Positions 6,686 to 12,949 of a DNA stretch of 12,949 nucleotides are shown here, in pieces (within the stretch, counting starts at the first letter, position 1; every line of letters starts with the position of its first letter). The notes under the pieces were generated by a model. It searched no databases. It was given only the letters and a program-made list of their open reading frames with translations, and was not told where the DNA came from. The DNA is from an uncultured bacterium (lineage in GTDB: Bacteria; Lernaellota; Lernaellaia; Lernaellales; Lernaellaceae): assembly GCA_964534375.1 (NCBI GenBank), contig CAZHPN010000169.1, forward strand, positions 1 through 12,949. Direction: 5' to 3'. The position numbers and the translations under genes were made by a program.

Positions 6686-8107
6686 CTAGGCCCCGCCCGG
6701 CGCGGCGACCACGTGCGCGTGGATCAAGTTGGTCGCGCCGCGACGCGAGAACGGCAGGCCGGCGACGATCAGCACGCAGTCGCCGGGCGCGGCAAGACCG
6801 CGGGCCAGCAGCACGCGATCGGCGGCGAGGAAGATCTCATCCGTTTGCGCGATCGGCGGGGTCGGCGCCGCGTCGCAGCCGTAGTACAGCGAACACCGAC
6901 GCCGCACCGCTTCGTTGGGCGACAGCGCCAGAATCCGCGCCGCCGGTCGGCACTTGGCCAGCAGCCGCGCCGTGAAGCCGCTTTCGGTATAGGCGACGAT
7001 CGCCTTGGGCGAGAGCGCGCCGGCCATCGTGCGCACGCCGTCGGCCACCGCCTCGGCGATCGGCTCGCCCGTCGCGCCCTCGCCGGCGGCGCACGGCGCG
7101 ACGAGCGGTTCGGCCTGGTCGGCGATAGCGCGCATCATGCGCACGGTCTCCAGCGGATACCGGCCCGCCGCGGTCTCTTCGGAGAGCATCACCGCGTCGG
7201 CGCCGTCGAGAATGGCGTTGGCCACGTCGGCCGCTTCGGCGCGCGTCGGCAGCGGCGCCGCGGTCATTGACTCCAGCATTTGCGTGGCGACGATCGACGG
7301 TTTCGCGAGCCGGCGGGCCAGCGCCAGGATTTGCTTTTGCAGGATCGGCACGCGCGCGACGCCGACCTCGACGCCGAGGTCGCCGCGCGCCACCATCACG
7401 GCATCCGCCGCCATGACGATCGCTTCGAGTTGATCCAGTGCTTCGGGCCGTTCGAGCTTGGCGACGATCGGCAGGTCGAACTGGTGGGCGTGCAGGTGGT
7501 CGCGCAAGCGGCCGATGTCACCGGCGGAGCGCACGAAGGAAAGCGCGATCAGGTCGCAGCCAAGCTGCGCGGCAGCGATCGCGTCGCGCAGGTCTTTTTC
7601 GGTCAGCGACGGCAAGCGCAACGGCACGCCGGGCAGGTTGACGCCTTTGTGGTCGGAGATGGTTCCGCCGCGCTCGATCCGGCAATGCACGCGTGGTCCG
7701 TCGACGCGTTGGATCGTCAGGTGAAACAGGCCGTCGGCCAGGAAGATGTCGGCCCCCGCGCGCGCCGAGGCGGCCAACTCCGGGTAGTCGACGAAAAGGT
7801 GGTCGGCGGAGCACGGGCCATCGCCGCTTTCCAGCACGACCATCGCCCCGGCCGCCAGCGTCGCCGGTCCTTGCGGGAAACGGCCGACGCGGATTTTCGG
7901 CCCTTGCAGGTCGGCCATGATCGCCAGCGGCGCGCCGAGTTCCCGTTCGGCCGCGCGCACCGCGTCGTAGCGCGGCTTCTGCGCGGCGGCGTCGCCGTGC
8001 GAGAAGTTGAGCCGCGCCGCGTTCATGCCGGCGCGCGCCAGCGCGGCGACGGTTCCGGGCGGGTCGGTGGCCGGGCCGAGGGTGCACAGGATTTTTGTGG
8101 AATTCAT
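6686..8107 (-). CDS. pyk: Pyruvate kinase, 473 aa
   Basis: MNSTKILCTLGPA, RLNFSHG, DLQGPKIR, KGVNLP, SFVR, AKLE, MVARGDLGVE, ATQMLESM, PTRAE, DVANAILDGADAVMLS. Confidence 0.97.
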   Translation of the reverse strand: MNSTKILCTLGPATDPPGTVAALARAGMNAARLNFSHGDAAAQKPRYDAVRAAERELGAPLAIMADLQGPKIRVGRFPQGPATLAAGAMVVLESGDGPCSADHLFVDYPELAASARAGADIFLADGLFHLTIQRVDGPRVHCRIERGGTISDHKGVNLPGVPLRLPSLTEKDLRDAIAAAQLGCDLIALSFVRSAGDIGRLRDHLHAHQFDLPIVAKLERPEALDQLEAIVMAADAVMVARGDLGVEVGVARVPILQKQILALARRLAKPSIVATQMLESMTAAPLPTRAEAADVANAILDGADAVMLSEETAAGRYPLETVRMMRAIADQAEPLVAPCAAGEGATGEPIAEAVADGVRTMAGALSPKAIVAYTESGFTARLLAKCRPAARILALSPNEAVRRRCSLYYGCDAAPTPPIAQTDEIFLAADRVLLARGLAAPGDCVLIVAGLPFSRRGATNLIHAHVVAAPGGA

Positions 8108-8128
8108 GTCGACGTCCGTGGTTGCCGC

Positions 8129-8157
8129 AGCGTGCGGCGACGGGGAAAAGTTGTCAA
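8129..8157 (-). promoter_or_regulatory. Putative sigma70 promoter for pyk
   Basis: Minus strand perfect TTGACA (8157-8152), 17-nt spacer, CACGCT (8134-8129), about 20 nt upstream of ATG 8107. Confidence 0.45.
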
Positions 8158-8198
8158 GCGAGCCGGGGGCCGGCGCCGTAAATTTCCGCAAATTGGCT

Positions 8199-8228
8199 TT
8201 GCGATTTCCCCCGCGGTTGTTGTAAGAT
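8199..8228 (+). promoter_or_regulatory. Putative sigma70 promoter for the small basic ORF
   Basis: TTGCGA (8199-8204), 18 nt, TAAGAT (8223-8228); divergent from the pyk promoter. Confidence 0.45.
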
Positions 8229-8265
8229 CGCGCCTCATAGAAACCCCAACGACGGAGGCGACCTC

Positions 8266-8376
8266 ATGTCGAACAAGGACCAAGCCGCACGCCGCGCCAA
8301 AACGAACAAGCCGAAACTGACGCCCAAACAGAAAAAAGAGAAGAAAGCCGCGAAGGTCGCGAAACGCGACAAATAG
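8266..8376 (+). CDS. Small lysine-rich hypothetical protein, 36 aa (MSNKDQAARRAKTNKPKLTPKQKKEKKAAKVAKRDK)
   Basis: SD GGAGG at 8254-8258, ATG 8266, TAG 8374-8376, an upstream promoter-like motif and a downstream hairpin. Below the length cut-off of the ORF track. Confidence 0.75.
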   Translation: MSNKDQAARRAKTNKPKLTPKQKKEKKAAKVAKRDK

Positions 8377-8387
8377 CGCGCTGCAAA

Positions 8388-8431
8388 CGCCGCCGCGAGG
8401 TTTGCCGGCTTCGGCAGGGCTCTCGGCGGCG
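8388..8431 (+). terminator. GC-rich stem-loop after the small ORF
   Basis: cgccgccg(8388-8395)/cggcggcg(8424-8431), gag/ctc and tgccg-gctt-cggca; no clear U-tract. Confidence 0.45.
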
Positions 8432-8497
8432 GGGCATTTGATCGTGTCGGTCAAGAAACCTCCGCGGCCCGCAGCGGCGGAAGCGGCAGGCTGTCGC

Positions 8498-8527
8498 TTG
8501 ACGCCGGCCGGCGCCCGTTCATATGTT
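8498..8527 (+). promoter_or_regulatory. Putative sigma70 promoter for the DUF374 gene (leaderless geometry)
   Basis: TTGACG (8498-8503), 18 nt, TATGTT (8522-8527); ATG begins at 8534. Confidence 0.55.
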
Positions 8528-8533
8528 TCGCCG

Positions 8534-9295
8534 ATGCAGGAGCCTCTACCGTACAAGTTTTCATTTTGGGAAAAAGTGCTGCTGAAGGTCGGTCCGCCGG
8601 TCTTCGCTTTCCTGCTGCGCTTGTGGAACGGCACATGCCGCGTCGTGGTTCGCGTGCATCCCGAGTGGGAGTCCGACGCGATAGAAAAGTACCACGGCGC
8701 CGTTTACGCAACCTGGCATCAACGGATGTTTTATTTTTTCTCCGACTTCGGGTCGCGCCACCTGACGATGATGGGCAGCCTCAGCAAAGACGGCGAGTAC
8801 GCCAACGCCGTAGCGTTGCGGCTGGGCTTCCTCACCGTGCGCGGCAGCGCGACGCGGCGGGGCAAGGTCGCGATGCGCGAACTGATCGAGCTGCTCAAAT
8901 CGGGCCAGGGCCACAAGGCCGGCATGATGGCGGACGGCCCGAAAGGCCCGCCGCGGCAATTGAAGATGGGCACGATCAAGATCGCGCGCGAAACCGGCAT
9001 GCCGGTCATCCCGATGATGTGGGGCGCCAAACGGCGGATCGTCTTCAAATCGTGGGACCGCTTCATTCTGCCCGGGCTGTTCACGAAAATCGTCATGTTG
9101 CACGGCGAACCCCTGATGGTGCCGCCCGACGCCGACGAGGCCGAGTGCGAACGCCTGCGGCAACTTGTCACCGACCGCATGAACGAAATGGCCGACCGCT
9201 GCGACACGTGGTGGGGCGGCGATCCCGTCGGCAAACCCGGCTTCGACCTGCCCGCGCCGCCCGCGAATCCGACCGAGCACGAGAACGAGCAGTAA
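8534..9295 (+). CDS. DUF374 / lysophospholipid acyltransferase family protein (LpxJ-like), 253 aa
   Basis: Motifs YATWHQR, SLSKDGE, GFLTVRGS, DGPKGP, GTIKIARETGMPVIP, SWDRFILP, and an N-terminal hydrophobic segment. Confidence 0.88.
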   Translation: MQEPLPYKFSFWEKVLLKVGPPVFAFLLRLWNGTCRVVVRVHPEWESDAIEKYHGAVYATWHQRMFYFFSDFGSRHLTMMGSLSKDGEYANAVALRLGFLTVRGSATRRGKVAMRELIELLKSGQGHKAGMMADGPKGPPRQLKMGTIKIARETGMPVIPMMWGAKRRIVFKSWDRFILPGLFTKIVMLHGEPLMVPPDADEAECERLRQLVTDRMNEMADRCDTWWGGDPVGKPGFDLPAPPANPTEHENEQ

Positions 9296-9308
9296 CCCGC
9301 GCCACGGC

Positions 9309-9542
9309 GGCACGCGGGGGCGCCTGTCCCACGCCATTAGCGCCAACCTCACGTTCTTTCGCAGCGAAAGCCGGAATGGCGAATGGCGAATGGCGAATGG
9401 CGAAATTCGGACGGCGGCGCCAATTCTTCATTCTCCATTCTCCATTCGCCATTCTGCGTCGTGGAGAGGTCTGCGCGCAAAACACAGGGCAGTTCGAACC
9501 GGATGGCAAGTTCGCGTGGTGGGACAGGCGGTTGCGCACGCC
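9309..9542. repeat. About 230-bp composite palindrome: REP-like inverted ends enclosing heptamer tandem-repeat arms
   Basis: Perfect 12-bp inverted repeat cgcctgtcccac (9321-9332)/gtgggacaggcg (9519-9530). Inner acctc/gaggt. (GAATGGC)x4 at 9374-9401 faces ttcattc tccattc tccattc gccattc at 9427-9454. Confidence 0.85.
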
Positions 9543-9599
9543 GGCGCAATGCGTAATCGTGTGCCGGATTCCGGCTGACAAACCAACGCGGAGGCGGCA

Positions 9600-10172
9600 G
9601 TGAAAATCACGACGGTTATCGGCAGTCCGAAAGTGCAAGGCCACGGCGCAAAGATCGCCGCGGCGTTGCTCGCGCTGCTCGGCGAACACGGCGCGCACAA
9701 CACGACGTACGAGCTCAATCGGCTCACGTATCGCGGCTGCCAGGCGTGTCTCGCCTGCAAGACCGAAACGGACGTGTGCGTCGAACGCGACGACCTGAGC
9801 GCCATCCTGAGCGACATCCGGCAATCGGACGTGGTCATCGTCGCGGCGCCCGTCTTCATGGGCGAAGTCAGCGCCCAGGCCAAAGGACTGTTCGATCGCT
9901 TCTACTCGTTCCTGGGGCCCGACTTTCGCACGAATCCGCGGCCGGGCCGGCTCGCGGCAGGAAAGACGCTTGTGTTTATCCTGACGCAGGGAAATCCCGA
10001 CAAGGAGATGTTCGGCAGCGTCCTATCGCGACAGGCGCGCGTGTTCCATCGGTGCGGATTCAGCGCTGTGCTTCCCATTCACGCGTGCGGCGTGGGGTCG
10101 GATAGCGACGCCGACCTCGATGCGCCGACGATGGCGTTGATCGCGGAGACGGCCAAGAAATTGCGCGCGTAG
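9600..10172 (+). CDS. Iron-sulfur flavoprotein (Isf-like; flavodoxin / NADPH-dependent FMN reductase family), 190 aa
   Basis: SD GGAGG at 9590-9594 and GTG start. N-terminal IGSP phosphate-loop region, compact CX2CX2CX6C motif (CQACLACKTETDVC), AAPVFMG, KGLFDRFYS, TQG. Confidence 0.9.
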   Translation: MKITTVIGSPKVQGHGAKIAAALLALLGEHGAHNTTYELNRLTYRGCQACLACKTETDVCVERDDLSAILSDIRQSDVVIVAAPVFMGEVSAQAKGLFDRFYSFLGPDFRTNPRPGRLAAGKTLVFILTQGNPDKEMFGSVLSRQARVFHRCGFSAVLPIHACGVGSDSDADLDAPTMALIAETAKKLRA

Positions 10173-10210
10173 TTGTTCGCGCGCGGCCGAACGGCGAGTG
10201 AGGAGGCACG

Positions 10211-11683
10211 ATGATCCAATCGGCGCTGCGATATGCGTGCGGATTCGCCGGCCTGTTTTTTCTGCTGCTCGGGCTGACGTTTCTGCTCAAGCCGGGCCGG
10301 CTGGCCAAGTTTTTCGGCGTGGTCCCGGCGGGCAATGCCGGATTCGGCGCCTTGCGCGGCGACCTGGGCGGGCTTTTCCTCGGCATGGCCGTTTACGCGC
10401 TGCTCGGCGCCGTCTTCGCCTCCGGTCGCTTATTGGCCGTACCGGCAGTGTTTCTCAGCTTCATCGTTTTCGGCCGCCTGTTGAATCTGCTTTTCGACGG
10501 GCGCTCTCGCGAAGGCGTGCGGTCCCTGGCGCTCGAACTGGTGTTGGCGACCGCGCTGGGGCTGGCCGTGGCGAGCCTGCTGCTCGGCCGAGTCGCCCAA
10601 CCCTTCGGCTTGGGCTTGCTCATCGCGCCGCCGGTCGTCGCGCTGGCCGTGTTGATTGTGGCGTTCGCGTTTCAACGCCCGATTGGGTTGGCGCTGACCA
10701 AGCGGGTCATCGAACGGACGATCGGGCGCGACCTGCTCGGCGGTCTCCCGGACGGCTTGCACGTGGGGCTTTGCGGCTCCGGTTCGCCCCTGCCCGACGC
10801 CACACGAGCCGGCCCGTGCGTCGTCGTCATCGCGGGAAAGCGCGTCTACGTCGTCGACGCCGGCGACGGTTCGGCGCGCAAGATGGCGCTGATGGGCCTG
10901 TCGCCCGGGACGATCGACGCGATCTTCATCACGCATTTTCACTCCGACCACATCGGCGGCCTCGGCGAGCTGATGCTGCAGCGATGGGCGAACGCCGCGC
11001 ACACGGAACCGGTTGCGGTGATCGGGCCGCAGGGCGTCGATGCGGTCGTGCAGGGCTTTCGTGACGCCTACGCGGCGGACACGGGATATCGCGTCGCGCA
11101 CCACGGCGTCGCGATCATGCCGCCGTCCGGCGCGGGCGGCGTCGCGCGCCCCTTCACGATCGCCGCGGGCGCGGACGCGGGCCAGGTCGTGTTGCAGCAA
11201 GACGGCCTGACCGTCACGGCGTTTCCCGTGATCCATACCCCGGTGTTTCCGGCGGTCGGCTACCGCTTCGACTACGGCGGCCGGTCTGTGGTCATCAGCG
11301 GCGACACGGCCCCCTCGCCCGCCGTGGCCGAGACCGCGCGCGGCGCCGATGTGCTGCTCCACGACGGCTTGCAAACGGCGGTGGTGTCGTTGTTGGGCGC
11401 CGCGGCGGTCCGCCACAACCGGAAGTCGGCCGCGCGGATCATGGCCGACATCCCGTCGTATCACGCGACGCCCGAAGACGCGGCGCGCACGGCGCAAGAA
11501 GCCGGCGTCCGGCGCCTCGTTTTCTATCACATGATTCCGCCGATCCCGGTCGCGTATCTCAATGCGGTCTTCCTCGGCGACGCGCCGAAATTCTTCAAAG
11601 GACCGATCACGGTGGCGAAAGACGGCTTGTTTCTGAGCCTGCCCGCGGGAACGACGAACGTGACGACGCAACATCTGCTCTGA
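10211..11683 (+). CDS. MBL-fold metallo-hydrolase (RNase Z/AtsA-like) with N-terminal DUF4345-like membrane domain, 490 aa
   Basis: SD GAGGAGG. About 5 hydrophobic helices in the first 155 aa, then CGSGSPLP, VVDAG, THFHSDH (HxHxDH), HTPVFPAVGYRF, SGDT, YHATPE and FYH. Confidence 0.88.
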   Translation: MIQSALRYACGFAGLFFLLLGLTFLLKPGRLAKFFGVVPAGNAGFGALRGDLGGLFLGMAVYALLGAVFASGRLLAVPAVFLSFIVFGRLLNLLFDGRSREGVRSLALELVLATALGLAVASLLLGRVAQPFGLGLLIAPPVVALAVLIVAFAFQRPIGLALTKRVIERTIGRDLLGGLPDGLHVGLCGSGSPLPDATRAGPCVVVIAGKRVYVVDAGDGSARKMALMGLSPGTIDAIFITHFHSDHIGGLGELMLQRWANAAHTEPVAVIGPQGVDAVVQGFRDAYAADTGYRVAHHGVAIMPPSGAGGVARPFTIAAGADAGQVVLQQDGLTVTAFPVIHTPVFPAVGYRFDYGGRSVVISGDTAPSPAVAETARGADVLLHDGLQTAVVSLLGAAAVRHNRKSAARIMADIPSYHATPEDAARTAQEAGVRRLVFYHMIPPIPVAYLNAVFLGDAPKFFKGPITVAKDGLFLSLPAGTTNVTTQHLL

Positions 11684-11827
11684 CGCGGCGGCGTCGAACC
11701 TCGTACTTGCCGGACTCTACGTGATGTTCCGCGCGTCTCAATGACGCGAAACGTTGGCCGTCCAAATTGCAGTGGGAATGCAAAATGGACGATCGGGGAT
11801 AGGGTTCGGCCGAGGCCCGCACGCCTT

Positions 11828-11902
11828 CAAGAAATTGATCTGCTGATCGTGAAAAACGATGTAGTTTATTCGGTGGAGGTCAAGACAACGGCCTCGCCGA
11901 GT
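11828..11902 (+). pseudogene. Remnant of a PD-(D/E)XK nuclease-like C-terminal domain (DUF4143-type, AAA+ ATPase-associated)
   Basis: Reads QEIDLLIVKNDVVYSVEVKTTASPS, matching the EID-hhh...hEhK motif. No plausible start and no upstream ATPase; locally AT-richer. Confidence 0.5.
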
Positions 11903-11908
11903 TGCGGC

Positions 11909-12949
11909 TTACCGCGCGCGATACGCGTCATACGCCTCTTCCACATGTTTCTTGATCTGCTCGCGGAAGATGGCGCGGTCGAAACCCAGGGCGTGTTCGC
12001 GGATTTTCGCGGGCGCGAAGGCGGTTTCTTTTTCTTCGAATAGCTGAACGGCCCGCGCGAGGTCGTCGGCGGTTTGCTCCGCAAAAAAAACGCCGGTCGG
12101 ATGGTCGCGCTCGAGGCCGCGGACCGTCTCCAGCGCGCCGCCCTTCGCGAAGGCGATGACCGGCCGGCCCGACGCCTGCGCTTCGAGCGGCGTGATTCCG
12201 AAGTCCTCTTCGCCGGGGAACAAAAAAGCGCGGCAGCGGCGATAGAGGTCTTCCAAGGTTGCGCCGTCCTGCCAGCCGAGCAGTTCGATATTCGGCCCGG
12301 CTAGTTGCCGCAGGCGGTCGAAGTCCTGCCCCGTGCCGACTACTTTCAGTTTCCGGCCGAGTTTGGCGCACGCTTGCACCGCGAGGTCGATGCGCTTGTA
12401 GGGCGCGAGCGCGGAAACGACGAGATAAAAATCCTCCGGCGTCCCGATCGAAAACCGCGCCGTATCGACCGGCGGGTGAATGACCGTTGCCTCGCGGCGG
12501 TAGAATTTGGCGATGCGCCGCGCGACGTGCGCGCTGTTGCAGACGTAATCGTCGACGCGCGTGGCCGAGGCGACGTCCCAAATGCGCAGGCGATGCGCGA
12601 ACCAGCCGATGATCGCGCGCTTCACGCGGCCGGCGCGCGCCGGGCCGAAGTAGTCCTCGAACAGGTCCCAGACGTAGCGCATCGGCGTGTGCAGGTAGCT
12701 GACGTGCAGCGTGTCCGGCGGCGTGATGACGCCCTTGGCGACGCAGTGGCTCGTCGAGAGCACGAGGTCGTAGCCGCGCAGGTCGAACTGCTCGATGGCG
12801 TAGGGCATCAGCGGCAGGTAATTGCGATACCAATCGGCGGCCTTCGGCAGACGCTGGATGAAACTGGTGACGATGCGCCGGTTTTCGATGATCGGCGACA
12901 ATTTGCCGCGGACGTGCAGCAGCGTGTACAGGTCGGCCTCGGGCCAGAC
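11909..12949 (-). CDS. Glycosyltransferase family 4 (GT-B) protein, 5' end outside the window
   Basis: The frame stays open to the window edge (VWPEADLYTLLHVRG...). Motifs YDLVLSTSHCVAKG, YLHTPMRYVWD, IHPPVD, LAPYKRIDLA, EDFGITPLEAQASGRPVIA (EX7E). Confidence 0.94.
   Translation of the reverse strand, partial: VWPEADLYTLLHVRGKLSPIIENRRIVTSFIQRLPKAADWYRNYLPLMPYAIEQFDLRGYDLVLSTSHCVAKGVITPPDTLHVSYLHTPMRYVWDLFEDYFGPARAGRVKRAIIGWFAHRLRIWDVASATRVDDYVCNSAHVARRIAKFYRREATVIHPPVDTARFSIGTPEDFYLVVSALAPYKRIDLAVQACAKLGRKLKVVGTGQDFDRLRQLAGPNIELLGWQDGATLEDLYRRCRAFLFPGEEDFGITPLEAQASGRPVIAFAKGGALETVRGLERDHPTGVFFAEQTADDLARAVQLFEEKETAFAPAKIREHALGFDRAIFREQIKKHVEEAYDAYRAR

Noticed and set aside
8380..8495. SRP (4.5S) RNA or other ncRNA in the GC-rich stems after the small ORF
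   Set aside because: Lacks the conserved CAGG..GGAA/GNRA..AGCAG domain IV motif; better explained as a terminator-like hairpin.
6541..9454. Heptamer repeats as a CRISPR array or as coding ORFs (6424-6645, 6453-6686, 9349-9549, 9390-9578)
   Set aside because: Units are 7 bp and contiguous with no spacers and no cas genes. The short ORFs merely translate the repeats (RDSGFGI, MANGEWR).
11685..11744. Hydrophobic peptide AAASNLVLAGLYVMFRASQ* just after the MBL stop, as a gene remnant or frameshift extension
   Set aside because: Too short, with no start and no slippery site; could be chance.
10430..12833. Alternative-frame ORFs 10430-11674 (-), 11741-12043 (+) as a full gene, and 11928-12833 (-)
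   Set aside because: They overlap well-supported genes and lack motifs; only the 11828-11902 part of the 11741 ORF looks protein-derived.

Overview
High-GC bacterial chromosomal window; the tandem PilZ protein and acidic-linker lipoprotein suggest a Myxococcota/deltaproteobacteria-like organism (inference). It holds nine clear protein genes: a pectinacetylesterase-family lipoprotein (-), a GT-C/ArnT-like membrane glycosyltransferase with a helical-repeat C-terminus (-), an aldo/keto reductase with a 4Fe-4S dicluster tail (+), a tandem PilZ protein (-), pyruvate kinase (-), a DUF374 acyltransferase (+), an iron-sulfur flavoprotein (+), a membrane-domain/RNase Z-like MBL hydrolase fusion (+) and a GT4 glycosyltransferase (-) that runs off the right edge. 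The ORF track misses a well-punctuated 36-aa lysine-rich ORF (8266-8376). The most unusual signal is intergenic. Two long nested palindromes (6541-6680, 9309-9542) have arms built from four 7-bp tandem units. Decayed 7-bp arrays (4214-4276, 11776-11803) and REP-like hairpins also occur, which suggests a family of non-autonomous repeat elements. Other observations are a terminator-like hairpin just upstream of the GT-C gene, a probable leaderless transcript, and a short PD-(D/E)XK (DUF4143-like) gene remnant. No rRNA, tRNA, CRISPR array or transposase was seen. All family assignments are from motif recognition, not database searches.
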